From positions 67,728 through 131,727 of the forward strand of contig DASXUF010000105.1 in assembly GCA_036504975.1 (NCBI GenBank): a stretch of DNA of 64,000 bases, in the 5' to 3' direction. The stretch's first letter is position 1, and each line of letters begins with the position of its first letter. The notes under the pieces were generated by a model. It was not told where the DNA came from. It did no database searches and saw only the letters and a program-made list of their open reading frames with translations. The translations under genes were made by a program, and so were the position numbers. The DNA comes from Candidatus Binatia bacterium (GTDB lineage: Bacteria; Desulfobacterota; Binatia; UBA9968). Below are positions 1-9,043 of this stretch, in pieces.

Positions 1-1004
1 TCCAGGCGACTTTCGTGAGCCATCAGGCGGAGCGGATTCTGGGCTTTCCGGCGGCTCAGTGGATTGAGGAACCGCATTTCTGGCTCCAGCGCCTGCATCC
101 GCAGGACCGGCGCTGGGTGACCGACTTCTGCAAAAAGGCCACCCGGGAGATGCAGCCCTTTGAATTGGAGTACCGCATGATCGCCGCCGACGAGCGCGCC
201 GTCTGGATCCGAAATATCGTGACCGTCGTGACCGAGAGCCAGCGGCCGGCGAAGCTCCGCGGCGTTTGCTTCGATATCACCGAGCGCCGGCGCATGGAGC
301 GGGAGATCTCGGAAATCAGCGAGCGCGAGCGGCAGAGGATCGGCCAGGACCTGCACGACGAGCTCGGCCAGTTCCTCACCGGAATCGCGTGCATCAGCAC
401 GAGCCTGGCGCAGGAGCTGGACGGCAAGTCGATGCGCGAAGCCGCGACCGCGACGCAGATCGCCGACCTCACCAACCAGGCGATCACCCAGACGCGCACG
501 CTCGCGCGCGGGCTCTACCCCGTGGAGCTGCAGGCCAACGGCTTGCTTTCCGCGCTCCAGGAGCTGGCGGTCAACGCCGAGACTCTGTTCGGCATATCGT
601 GCCAGCTCAAGTGCGATCCCAACGTGTCGGTGGCGAACGACGACGTTTCCATCCACCTGTACCGGATCGCCCAAGAAGCGATCGACAACGCCGTCCGCCA
701 CGGCAAAGCCAAGCACATCTGGCTGAGGCTCTGGGACCAAAACGGAATCGGCATCATGTCCGTAACCGACGACGGCTCCGGCCTTGCGGGAGTCGCGCGG
801 GACCATCAAGGCATGGGACTCCGCATCATGAAGTACCGAGCGGAGATGATCGGCGGAATCCTGCAAATACGCAAAGGGCACCAAAGGGGCACGATCGTGG
901 AATGCTCGTTCCAAAGAAGGGCCGGCGGGGAGGGCAAAGACGATGTCGAGAGCGATCCCATTGCAGTCAACCTCAAGCAAAAAATCCATTCTGTTGGTCG
1001 ATGA
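1..1004 (+). CDS. Sensor histidine kinase, 5'-truncated by window edge (PAS fragment + HisKA_3 H-box DLHDELGQ + HATPase_c)
   Basis: ORF 15..1004 opens with GTG and has no upstream stop to nt 1. NarX/DegS-type H-box and G1/G2 ATPase motifs (GMGLRIM) are readable. Confidence 0.8.
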   Translation, partial: QATFVSHQAERILGFPAAQWIEEPHFWLQRLHPQDRRWVTDFCKKATREMQPFELEYRMIAADERAVWIRNIVTVVTESQRPAKLRGVCFDITERRRMEREISEISERERQRIGQDLHDELGQFLTGIACISTSLAQELDGKSMREAATATQIADLTNQAITQTRTLARGLYPVELQANGLLSALQELAVNAETLFGISCQLKCDPNVSVANDDVSIHLYRIAQEAIDNAVRHGKAKHIWLRLWDQNGIGIMSVTDDGSGLAGVARDHQGMGLRIMKYRAEMIGGILQIRKGHQRGTIVECSFQRRAGGEGKDDVESDPIAVNLKQKIHSVGR

Positions 1005-1644
1005 CCATCCGATCGTGCTCGAGGGGCTGAAGCAGTTGATCGAGCAACAGTCCGACTTGATGGTCTGCGGCGAGCTGGCGGACGGCCGGGCGACTTTGCA
1101 AACCGTGGACAAGTTGCGGCCGGATCTTGCGATCATCGACATCTCTCTCAAGGGCGTCAACGGCCTCGACGTCATCAAGGCGCTGAGAGAGCAATGTCCG
1201 GATCTGCCGGTCCTGGCTTTGTCCATGCATGACGAGACGCTCTACGCCGAGCGCGCGCTCCGCGCCGGGGCCAACGGCTACGTCATGAAGCAAGAAGCGA
1301 CGAAAAACTTGTTGAACGCCGTGCGCCAGCTTCTCGGCGGCGGCATGTATCTCAGCGAGAACGTCACCGCCAAGCTCTTGTCGCGCATGGCCAAGACCAA
1401 GCCCGGAGCGAAGCGCTCCGCTCTCGAGGGGCTGAGCGACCGCGAATTGCAGGTTTTCCATTTGATCGGGCAAGGCGTCGGCACGCGCAAAATCGCGGAG
1501 ACGCTGCGCTTGAGCGTGAAGACGATCGAGTCGCACCGGGAAAATATCAAAAGAAAACTCAAACTCGAAGACGCCGCCGAGCTGGTGCAGTACGCCGTCT
1601 CGTGGCAACAGAACGAAACTCCGCCCCACGCTATAAAGCAATAA
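943..1644 (+). CDS. Response regulator, NarL/FixJ family (REC + LuxR-type HTH)
   Basis: LLVDDHP receiver start and C-terminal LSDRELQVFHLIGQGVGTRKIAETL HTH. ATG at 943 is preceded by GGGAGG and overlaps the kinase stop. Confidence 0.85.
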   Translation: MSRAIPLQSTSSKKSILLVDDHPIVLEGLKQLIEQQSDLMVCGELADGRATLQTVDKLRPDLAIIDISLKGVNGLDVIKALREQCPDLPVLALSMHDETLYAERALRAGANGYVMKQEATKNLLNAVRQLLGGGMYLSENVTAKLLSRMAKTKPGAKRSALEGLSDRELQVFHLIGQGVGTRKIAETLRLSVKTIESHRENIKRKLKLEDAAELVQYAVSWQQNETPPHAIKQ

Positions 1645-1712
1645 ATCATAGTTCCAAGCTTCACGAAAAAACCTTCCCAGGCCGGTCGATCGCTCTCACA
1701 CCAAGAAAAGAA

Positions 1713-1746
1713 GGGCAGGCACAGGGGCCTGCCCCTACCGCATTTT
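1713..1746 (+). terminator. Putative intrinsic terminator after the response-regulator gene
   Basis: GGGCAGGC-acaggg-GCCTGCCC hairpin followed by ctaccgcattttcg (weak T tract). Confidence 0.4.
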
Positions 1747-1786
1747 CGACCATTTGATTTTCTTGAGAGGATCCATCGGGCAAACT

Positions 1787-1805
1787 CCTAGGGGAATCCC
1801 CTAGG
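1787..1805. promoter_or_regulatory. Perfect 19-bp palindrome CCTAGGGGAaTCCCCTAGG, candidate operator upstream of the EBP gene
   Basis: 9-bp perfect arms seen directly; 50 bp upstream of ATG 1857; followed by an A7 tract. Confidence 0.35.
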
Positions 1806-1856
1806 AAAAAAACAGGTTGTCACCCTATCCCGTGCCGATGTTATAAAGCGCGCTAA

Positions 1857-3056
1857 ATGAAAACCGGGAAAGAGAGCTTCGAGCCCTCCGTGGTCGCCGG
1901 CGATCCGGTGATGTTGAAGCTCAGGGAGCTTATCCGGCGGGCGGCGCCGACCGACGCCACGGTCCTGATTACCGGAGAAACCGGCACCGGGAAAGAACTG
2001 GTCGCGCGCACTATTCACGAGCTCAGTCAAAGAGCCGAGAAACCTTTTGTCCCGATCAATTGCGCCGCCATTCCCCACGATCTGCTCGAGAGCGAGCTCT
2101 TCGGCCACGCGCGCGGCGCCTTTACGGGCGCGATCGCCCCGCGGCCGGGACTTTTCCAGTTGGCCAAGGGCGGCACCGTGCTCCTCGATGAAATCGCGGA
2201 GATGCCCCTCGCCTTGCAGGCCAAGCTCCTCCGCGTGCTGCAAGAAAAAGAGTTGCGGCCGCTCGGCGCCGATCATCCGGTGCCGGTGGACGTCAGGATC
2301 ATCGCCAGCACGAACAAAGACCTCGAGGTGGAAGTCGCCAAAGGCGCCTTTCGGCAAGATCTGTTCTACCGCCTCCAGGTCATTCCGATCGTCGTCCCGC
2401 CGCTCCGGGCGCGGCGCTCGGATATCCCGCTGCTCGCGCACCATTTCCTAAGAAAAATCAACGAGCGTTACGGCGTCTCGGTCGAGATTTCGACCGAGGC
2501 GATGGTGCACCTTTGGGAATACGACTGGCCGGGCAACGTGCGACAGTTGCAGAACATGCTGGAACAGATGGTGATCTTGAGCAACAAGGACCGCATCGAC
2601 ATCGAAGACCTGCCTGCGTGCATCGGCGCCGCCATAAAAACAAATCGCCATCCTTCGTGGCCGGTGGATGATCAGACTTTGGAGGACTTGCCCGCAAAAC
2701 TTGCCGACGCCGCGAAAAGGCAGCCCCATACTTCGTGGCCGGTGGACGAGGGAGGTTTGGACTTACAGCAGGCGCTCGACCACCTCGAGTTCCGGCTGAT
2801 CGACGAAGCGCTCAGGCTCGCGAAGGGAAAAAAGAGCGCGGCGGCTCAGCTCTTGAGGGTCAAACGCACCACGCTCGTAGCCAAGCTCAGAAAGCGGAGG
2901 CGGGGCCTTTTTGACGCGCCGCTCTCGCCCAGGCCTGCGCGCAGCATCGCCAAGGAGGCCGCCGTTTACGCGACCGGAAGTCATGAAGGCCCCGACGGCG
3001 TCGAGCTGACCGACCGCGCCGAGCCGGCGACGCGCCTCGGATACCGGCGCGGATAA
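1857..3056 (+). CDS. Sigma-54-dependent transcriptional activator (AAA+ EBP + C-terminal Fis-type HTH), no N-terminal regulatory domain
   Basis: Walker A GETGTGKE, GAFTGA loop motif (sigma-54 contact), C-terminal AAQLLRVKRTTLVAKL HTH. Protein begins directly at the AAA+ core. Confidence 0.85.
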   Translation: MKTGKESFEPSVVAGDPVMLKLRELIRRAAPTDATVLITGETGTGKELVARTIHELSQRAEKPFVPINCAAIPHDLLESELFGHARGAFTGAIAPRPGLFQLAKGGTVLLDEIAEMPLALQAKLLRVLQEKELRPLGADHPVPVDVRIIASTNKDLEVEVAKGAFRQDLFYRLQVIPIVVPPLRARRSDIPLLAHHFLRKINERYGVSVEISTEAMVHLWEYDWPGNVRQLQNMLEQMVILSNKDRIDIEDLPACIGAAIKTNRHPSWPVDDQTLEDLPAKLADAAKRQPHTSWPVDEGGLDLQQALDHLEFRLIDEALRLAKGKKSAAAQLLRVKRTTLVAKLRKRRRGLFDAPLSPRPARSIAKEAAVYATGSHEGPDGVELTDRAEPATRLGYRRG

Positions 3057-3068
3057 GGGAGTGTTCTA

Positions 3069-3542
3069 ATGGAAACTCAGAGCAAAAATATCTCTTCGCC
3101 CACGGTGCTCGTGGTGGACGACAATGAAACCGTATTGGACCTGCTCGACTTGCTCCTCTCCAACCATGGATCGACCGTCTTGCGGGCGCAAAGCGGCAGC
3201 CAATGCCTGGCCATCGTTCAGCGCGAACCCGTGGACCTGGTCATTCTCGACGTGATGATGCCCGGCATGGACGGAATCAAAGTCACCGCGGAGCTCAAGC
3301 GGACCATGCCGTCGCTGCCGATCATTCTCTTGACCGCCAAGGACGACCTGGCGACGCGCGCCGCCGCCATGGAGCTCGGAGTCAATGAATTCGTCACCAA
3401 GCCGATTCATAATCGGGAGCTGCTTTCCCGCGTCCGCACGCAGATTTCCACCCGCCGCTGGGAGATGGACATAGAACGAACGACCGCCAGCGTCGCGCGG
3501 CTGTCCGAGGCCTACGCCGGCAAAGTCGAAAGCAAAGCCTAG
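3069..3542 (+). CDS. Single-domain response regulator (CheY-like receiver)
   Basis: VLVVDDNE, LDVMMPGMDG and TAKDD...KP receiver motifs; 157 aa with no output domain. Confidence 0.8.
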   Translation: METQSKNISSPTVLVVDDNETVLDLLDLLLSNHGSTVLRAQSGSQCLAIVQREPVDLVILDVMMPGMDGIKVTAELKRTMPSLPIILLTAKDDLATRAAAMELGVNEFVTKPIHNRELLSRVRTQISTRRWEMDIERTTASVARLSEAYAGKVESKA

Positions 3543-3583
3543 CCGGGCTTTTTCATCCTTTCACCAGCCGAGGAGTCCGACAC

Positions 3584-4918
3584 ATGGACGTGTTGCAAGA
3601 GCTTTCGCAAAGCCTTTTAAACCTGAACTCCGGCCATTCTCTCCCCGTCGTGCTCCAGCGCATGGTGGCGCAAAAAATCCGCGAGCTCAGCGCGCTGACC
3701 GCGATCAACCGCAGCATCGCTTCTTCCCTCGACAGGGAAACTCTGCTTTCCCGGATCGCCGCCGAAGCAAAAAATCTTCTGGCGCTCGACGGCGTCGTGA
3801 TCCGTCTCGTCGACGGGAACCGGCTCATGCGCGCGGCCCACGCGGGCAGCGGCGAGCGGGCGCGAGCGAGGGTGGATATCGACAAGGACGAAAGCCTCAG
3901 CGCGACGGCGATCCGCGAGGATCGAACGATAGCCATTAAGAACGTTTCCGATGACGTCGCGCTAAGCGCCCAGTATCGAAAACGCTTGAGCGGGCGGGGT
4001 TGCCGGGCCGCCATTTGTCTGCCGTTGCGCGCGGCGGGGCGGCCGGTCGGCGCCATCGTCGGACTATCGGCAAAAGAGCGGGAGTTCCACCCGGACGAAG
4101 TCGATCTCATGACGGCCCTGGCGGACCAAGCGGCGATCGCGCTGGAGAAATCCATTCTCCTCGAAGAGACGAAGGCAAAATCGGACGAGCTCAAAAGAAT
4201 GGGCAAGGAGTTCGAACAGGCGCGCCGCGCCAAGGCGAAATTTATCTCCACGGTCTCGCACGAGCTCAGAACCCCGCTTCAAGTCATCATCGGCTACGCC
4301 GATCTGCTCAAGGACGGCATCGTCGGACAGTCGAAGGAAGAGCAAGGCCGGGTTTTGAGCACCATTCTTCAGAACGCCGAGATTCTCGACCGGTTGATCG
4401 GCAACGTTCTAGCGCTCACGAAGGCCGAAGTCAATAAAACCGTCCTCGATATCTCGACGGTCGAGGTCGCGGAGGTCATGGATCACATTCTTAGCTTCTC
4501 CCGCCGAATCGACCCGGACGGGCGGCTTAAAATTTTATTTGCGACGCCGAGCAATCTTCCGCCGATCTCGACCGACGTCGCCAAACTCGATGCGATTCTC
4601 CAAAACCTCGTCGGCAACGCCTGCAAGTTCACCCTTGAAGGCCGAATCGAAGTGCGGGTCGTCGATCTCCCTGGCCGGAACCGCTTGGAGTTTTCCGTCG
4701 CCGACACCGGCATCGGGATCGAGGAAAGCGAGCGGGAAAAAATATTCGATGAGTTTTACCAGGGCAAGCAGGCGCAAGCGACGAACCGCACCGGAGTCGG
4801 CCTTGGCTTGAGCATCGTGAAAAAATACCTGTCTCTTATGCAGGGAGAGATTCGGGTCGACGGCCGGCTCGGCAAAGGAACTACGTTTACCTTCACCCTG
4901 CCTTATTCTATTCCCTAA
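3584..4918 (+). CDS. GAF-domain sensor histidine kinase (GAF + HisKA + HATPase_c)
   Basis: H-box STVSHELRTPL, N/G boxes (LVGNACKF, DTGIGI, GVGLGLSIV), N-terminal GAF-like region. Confidence 0.8.
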   Translation: MDVLQELSQSLLNLNSGHSLPVVLQRMVAQKIRELSALTAINRSIASSLDRETLLSRIAAEAKNLLALDGVVIRLVDGNRLMRAAHAGSGERARARVDIDKDESLSATAIREDRTIAIKNVSDDVALSAQYRKRLSGRGCRAAICLPLRAAGRPVGAIVGLSAKEREFHPDEVDLMTALADQAAIALEKSILLEETKAKSDELKRMGKEFEQARRAKAKFISTVSHELRTPLQVIIGYADLLKDGIVGQSKEEQGRVLSTILQNAEILDRLIGNVLALTKAEVNKTVLDISTVEVAEVMDHILSFSRRIDPDGRLKILFATPSNLPPISTDVAKLDAILQNLVGNACKFTLEGRIEVRVVDLPGRNRLEFSVADTGIGIEESEREKIFDEFYQGKQAQATNRTGVGLGLSIVKKYLSLMQGEIRVDGRLGKGTTFTFTLPYSIP

Positions 4919-5759
4919 GGCCCTCTCGGTTGGGTCTTCTCGAACCGAGGGTATAGTCGTTTTCCTTCTCGGAGTCGGCTTTCTTTCGCTGCGGCGCGCG
5001 GAGCGGCGCCAGCCGATCGTACAAATCGAGCGCATCAATCACATCGCGCACATCGCGGGTGAGTTGTCTCTTGGAAAGAATCAGCTTAGTCGGGAGGTCG
5101 ATCGAAGAGCCGGATGGCCGCTTGCGGTCCATTCCGTTCTCGTTCTGCTCGCCGGCGAGACCGTCCGGCGTTTGTGTCTGGCGATAGGTCAGAGCGTCTG
5201 CGCCGGCGGGCGACGCTTGAGCGATCGGAGCGAGCGACAATGCCAGGCGCGTGCCGGCCGAGCCGCGCGCCAAAGATGTTGGTGTTGAAGCCGCAGCCAG
5301 CGCGTTGGTTTCCGACGCTTTGGGATCGCCGAATACCGCGGCATAGACGCGTTCTCCTATGTCCTTGCCCGTGAAGGCGCCGATCGCGGCGTTGACGACG
5401 GAAGTCGCCATGCTGATGAAGCCGCCGGCCCGCCCGTAAATCGCTCCGCCGATGATCCGCGCCACCCCACCGATGCCTTCGCCCGTCCACGCCCGATACA
5501 GCGTGGAGATCACCGGGAGATGCTGCAGCGGGTTCAACATGTCGAGGATATCTTTGAAGCTGAAATTCTCTTTGCTCCACCATTTGATAGCGCTCTTCTT
5601 TTCGGGCGGCGGAGCTGCTTTGGCCGTAGATGTTTTTTCACTTTCCTCTATTGGTTCCGCAGGCGGCGGCGCTTCGCGGAGCGCGCGCGTCGGCGCGGGA
5701 GGCGAAACCGGCCTGGTGACCGTTGCTCCTACAACCGGACAGATGCTCATATCCATCAT
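4908..5759 (-). CDS. Hypothetical protein (Pro/Ala-rich N-terminus, Gly-rich core), downstream of a predicted sigma-54 promoter
   Basis: 283-aa ORF starting ATGATG at 5759; no recognisable domain. Confidence 0.45.
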   Translation of the reverse strand: MMDMSICPVVGATVTRPVSPPAPTRALREAPPPAEPIEESEKTSTAKAAPPPEKKSAIKWWSKENFSFKDILDMLNPLQHLPVISTLYRAWTGEGIGGVARIIGGAIYGRAGGFISMATSVVNAAIGAFTGKDIGERVYAAVFGDPKASETNALAAASTPTSLARGSAGTRLALSLAPIAQASPAGADALTYRQTQTPDGLAGEQNENGMDRKRPSGSSIDLPTKLILSKRQLTRDVRDVIDALDLYDRLAPLRAPQRKKADSEKENDYTLGSRRPNREGLRE

Positions 5760-5804
5760 GATCGTCGCTCGCGAATGAAAAAATGGTAAGACCCTGCTCT
5801 ACTA

Positions 5805-5821
5805 AGCAGTTGCTGTGCCAG
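5805..5821 (-). promoter_or_regulatory. Predicted sigma-54 (-24/-12) promoter TGGCACagcaaCTGCT
   Basis: On the minus strand GG and GC are separated by exactly 10 nt; about 45 nt upstream of ATG 5759. Confidence 0.5.
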
Positions 5822-6044
5822 AGAGAAAAGCTCTACGGAATTCGAGTTTTTAGAAATAGTCGCGAGACAGGGATCGCCGTGAAGAGGCAATTCTTGCCTA
5901 TCTGGCAGAAATTACCTCCGGCGTTTTAGCTTGAAGAGACCGGCCTCCTTGACGCTGCCGTACTGCGCGATCAGACAGAGACTCTTCAACTGGCCGATTT
6001 CCATAAGTTAAAAAATACTTGAGCGTTTGTTTGATAGTTCAAGA

Positions 6045-6073
6045 TTGACACGATTTCAAGTTCGCTTTATGGT
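6045..6073 (+). promoter_or_regulatory. Putative sigma-70 promoter TTGACA-N17-TATGGT upstream of the ubiD-like gene
   Basis: Hexamers read directly; about 33 nt upstream of ATG 6106. Confidence 0.45.
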
Positions 6074-6105
6074 GCATGCGTCGTTCACGAATAGGTGACT
6101 TGCCC

Positions 6106-7485
6106 ATGATGGACCTGAGACAATTTCTAAAATTTTTGGCAGCCGAAGGCGAGTTGCAAAAAATAACCGCGCCCATCGATGCCAAGCACGAAATCGGCGC
6201 GGTCTGTAAGATTTTGAACGAGCGGGCGGGCAGCCCGGCGGTGCTCTTCGAGAACGTGAAGGGCTCGACGATCCCCGTCGTCGGGCAGCTCCTCTTCGGC
6301 GACAAGCGGGTCTCCATGGCGCTGGGGCTCTCGCAGGAAAACGTCTTCGACGAGACCGTCAAGCGGGCTACCAATCCAATTGCGCCGCGACTCGTCGGTA
6401 ATGGACCGTGCCAGGAAGTCGTCATGGAAGGAAGCGCCGTCGATCTGACCAAGCTGCCGATCTGCACCAACAATCCCAACGACGGCGGTCCTTATATCAC
6501 CGCGGGCCATGTCATCATCAAAGATCCCGAGTACGGCATGAACCTCGGCATCTACCGGATGATGCTGATGTCGAAGAACGAAGTCAGCCTCAGGCTGACT
6601 CCCGGCCACGACGGCTACGACTTCATGAAGAACGCGGAAAAGCGCGGGCAGAAAAAATTCGAAGTCGCCGTTTGCGTCGGCGTGCCGCCGGCGGTTTACG
6701 TCGCCTCGCAGTTCGAGCCGCGCCTCGGCGTCTATGAGCTGGAAATTGCCGGCGGGCTCGCCGGCGAGCCGGTGGAGGTCGTCAAGTGCCGGACAGTCGA
6801 TCTGGAAGTTCCGGCGCTGGCTGAGATCGTGCTCGAAGGCGAGCTCACGATTCCTCCGAAGACCGGCACCGAAGGACCGTTCGGAGAGTTTTGCGGCTAT
6901 ACGACGCAAGCCGTCCCCAACGAGCGCATCATGACCATCAAGGCGGTCACGCACAGGAAAAATCCCATCTGGCACAACATCTGGCTCGGCAAGCCGCCGC
7001 ACGAGCATCTCTACATCGACGCGCTCACCTACGCGGTCGCCGCTTATCTGGAGCTGAAACCGGCGTATCCCGCGCTCAAGATGGCCTACGCGCCGCCGTG
7101 GGGAGTTTCGATCGTCCTGGTGCTTCAGGTGGAAGGCCGTCTGAAACGGCCCGGCCTTATGAACAACATGCTGGCCGCCTCACTCTACACGCGGAGCGGC
7201 AAGTGGAAGCACGTGATCGTCGTCGATGAGGACGTCAACGTCTACGACCCCAACGAAATTCTCTGGGCGCTTACCACGCGCTTTCAACCGGCGACCGACA
7301 TGTACGTGATTCCGCGAGGCATCACGAGCAGTCTGGAGCCGTCGTCCACACCGGACGGAGTGACTTCGAAAATGATGGCCGACGCGACGATCAAGCCCGG
7401 CTTCCGCGGCCAGGTAGCGGAGCCGACGGATGAAATGAGAGGAGCGGTTCTCAAGCGCTGGAAAGAGTACGGCTTCAGGAGCTGA
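6106..7485 (+). CDS. UbiD-family (prenyl-FMN dependent) decarboxylase
   Basis: Full-length UbiD-like architecture (~460 aa, MMDLRQFL... N-terminus); paralog of 13423..14862. Confidence 0.8.
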   Translation: MMDLRQFLKFLAAEGELQKITAPIDAKHEIGAVCKILNERAGSPAVLFENVKGSTIPVVGQLLFGDKRVSMALGLSQENVFDETVKRATNPIAPRLVGNGPCQEVVMEGSAVDLTKLPICTNNPNDGGPYITAGHVIIKDPEYGMNLGIYRMMLMSKNEVSLRLTPGHDGYDFMKNAEKRGQKKFEVAVCVGVPPAVYVASQFEPRLGVYELEIAGGLAGEPVEVVKCRTVDLEVPALAEIVLEGELTIPPKTGTEGPFGEFCGYTTQAVPNERIMTIKAVTHRKNPIWHNIWLGKPPHEHLYIDALTYAVAAYLELKPAYPALKMAYAPPWGVSIVLVLQVEGRLKRPGLMNNMLAASLYTRSGKWKHVIVVDEDVNVYDPNEILWALTTRFQPATDMYVIPRGITSSLEPSSTPDGVTSKMMADATIKPGFRGQVAEPTDEMRGAVLKRWKEYGFRS

Positions 7486-7598
7486 GTGTAAGTTTGCTTG
7501 CTCTCCTCTTCGGGAACGGTTGAAACCGTCGCCTTGAGGCGAAGTACATTTACGAAGTCTTCGGAGGAGACGAGCCAGATTCCCCCTCGCCCGCTTGC

Positions 7599-7681
7599 GG
7601 GAGAGGGCAGGGGTGAGGGCTCGACGGTCAGCGCCCCCTCACCCTTCACCCTCTCCCCCACAAAAAACGTGGGGGAGAGGG
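7599..7681. repeat. GC-rich nested inverted-repeat element (GGGAGAGGGCAGGGGTGAGGG ... CCCTCACCCTTCACCCTCTCCCCC ... GGGGGAGAGGG)
   Basis: Complementary arms seen directly; related copy at 51838-51882. Confidence 0.6.
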
Positions 7682-7762
7682 AACAGTTTTGGACGGCTTC
7701 GAACCGATGGCTTCGAATCCCTCGCCTTACTAATGGAATTATAAGTTGATTCAGGTTCGCAC

Positions 7763-9001
7763 ATGAAAGTTACCAGCGCAAAGAAAAAAAATAAGCCGGT
7801 CACCCTCGGTGCTATTCCCCGCGTCGGCTCCGGCACGCCGGCCGGCGAATGGCTCAGAAAATACTGGCTGGTCGTCGGCGCGGCGGCGGAGCTTCACGAC
7901 ATTCCCAAAGCGGTCAAAGTTCTCGGCGAAGAGCTGGTGCTGTTTCGCGATCCCAAAGGTCGGATTGGACTGCTCGGTTTGCATTGCCCCCACCGCGGCA
8001 CGTCGCTGGAGTACGGCGACATCGAGGATCGCGGCATACGTTGCGCGTATCACGGATGGCTGTTCGACGTATCCGGACAGTGCCTGGAGCAGCCGGCGGA
8101 GCCGAAGGACAGCGTGTTTTGCCAAAAAGTAAAGCATCTGTCGTATCCAGTCCGAGAGCTTGGCGGTCTCGTCTTCGCCTATCTCGGTCCTCATCCTGAA
8201 AAGCCGCCTCCCCTGCCGCGCTACTCCTGTTTGGTCGACCGTGGCGGTGAGAGGCAGATCGAGCCGGTTCGCTACAACGACTACAACTGGTTCAACTTCT
8301 TCGAAAATTCCGCCGACCCGTGCCACATCTGTATTCTTCACCGCCACACAGGCTACGGCGAGCAATCCTGGGGCGACCAGTTCTTCAGCTACGAGGAAAT
8401 GCCGGACTTCGAATACGTCGAGACCGACTACGGCATGAAGGTGGTCATGACCAAACCGGGACCGAGCCCGGGGACCGAGTTCGTCGATACGATGACGCTC
8501 GCGCTTCCCAGCATCATCCAGGTCGGCGACACCGAGTTTGTCCACGCGCGCGTGGACGCGGTGAAGCTCATGACCGAGGGCTCGCAATGCGAGCACGTGC
8601 TCTTTCTCACGCCCAACGACGACCAGCGCTTCACGATTTTTACCGTGAATTATTACACGGGCTCGGACCCGAACTTTTTCGAAAAGCTCAAACGGATGCG
8701 CGCGACCGAAGTTCCCAAGCAGGAGGTCAAGGAATACGACCGGCGCAAATACATGCCGTTCAAGGGCAACGTCCGGCAGGAAGACATCATGAGCCAATCG
8801 ACCCAGGGTTTTCTCGGCGAGCGCGCGGAGCGCCTGGCGACTTCCGATCGCGGCGTCATCATGTTTCGCAAGATCGTCCGCGGCGCGATCGTCGCGGCTC
8901 TGAAGGGCGACCGGCCGAAGGGCGTCGTTCCCAAGGGACGGGAGAAAGAGATCGTCTACTTCGATTCGTTCACCGGCGTGCGCAAGAGCGCGGCGCGCTG
9001 A
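7763..9001 (+). CDS. Rieske [2Fe-2S] non-heme iron oxygenase, alpha-subunit-like
   Basis: Rieske motif CPHRG...CAYHGW and mononuclear-iron His region (DPCHICILHRH); paralog of 20213..21454. Confidence 0.8.
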   Translation: MKVTSAKKKNKPVTLGAIPRVGSGTPAGEWLRKYWLVVGAAAELHDIPKAVKVLGEELVLFRDPKGRIGLLGLHCPHRGTSLEYGDIEDRGIRCAYHGWLFDVSGQCLEQPAEPKDSVFCQKVKHLSYPVRELGGLVFAYLGPHPEKPPPLPRYSCLVDRGGERQIEPVRYNDYNWFNFFENSADPCHICILHRHTGYGEQSWGDQFFSYEEMPDFEYVETDYGMKVVMTKPGPSPGTEFVDTMTLALPSIIQVGDTEFVHARVDAVKLMTEGSQCEHVLFLTPNDDQRFTIFTVNYYTGSDPNFFEKLKRMRATEVPKQEVKEYDRRKYMPFKGNVRQEDIMSQSTQGFLGERAERLATSDRGVIMFRKIVRGAIVAALKGDRPKGVVPKGREKEIVYFDSFTGVRKSAAR

Positions 9002-9043
9002 GAAACCTCGGCTGACTACGCGAGAGATGGATAGGAGGGCTGC

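Noticed and set aside
7695-7730. tRNA fragment / att site (TTCGAATCC resembling a tRNA T-loop)
   Set aside because: It is only a 9-nt match inside a GCTTCGAA direct repeat, with no flanking tRNA-like structure.
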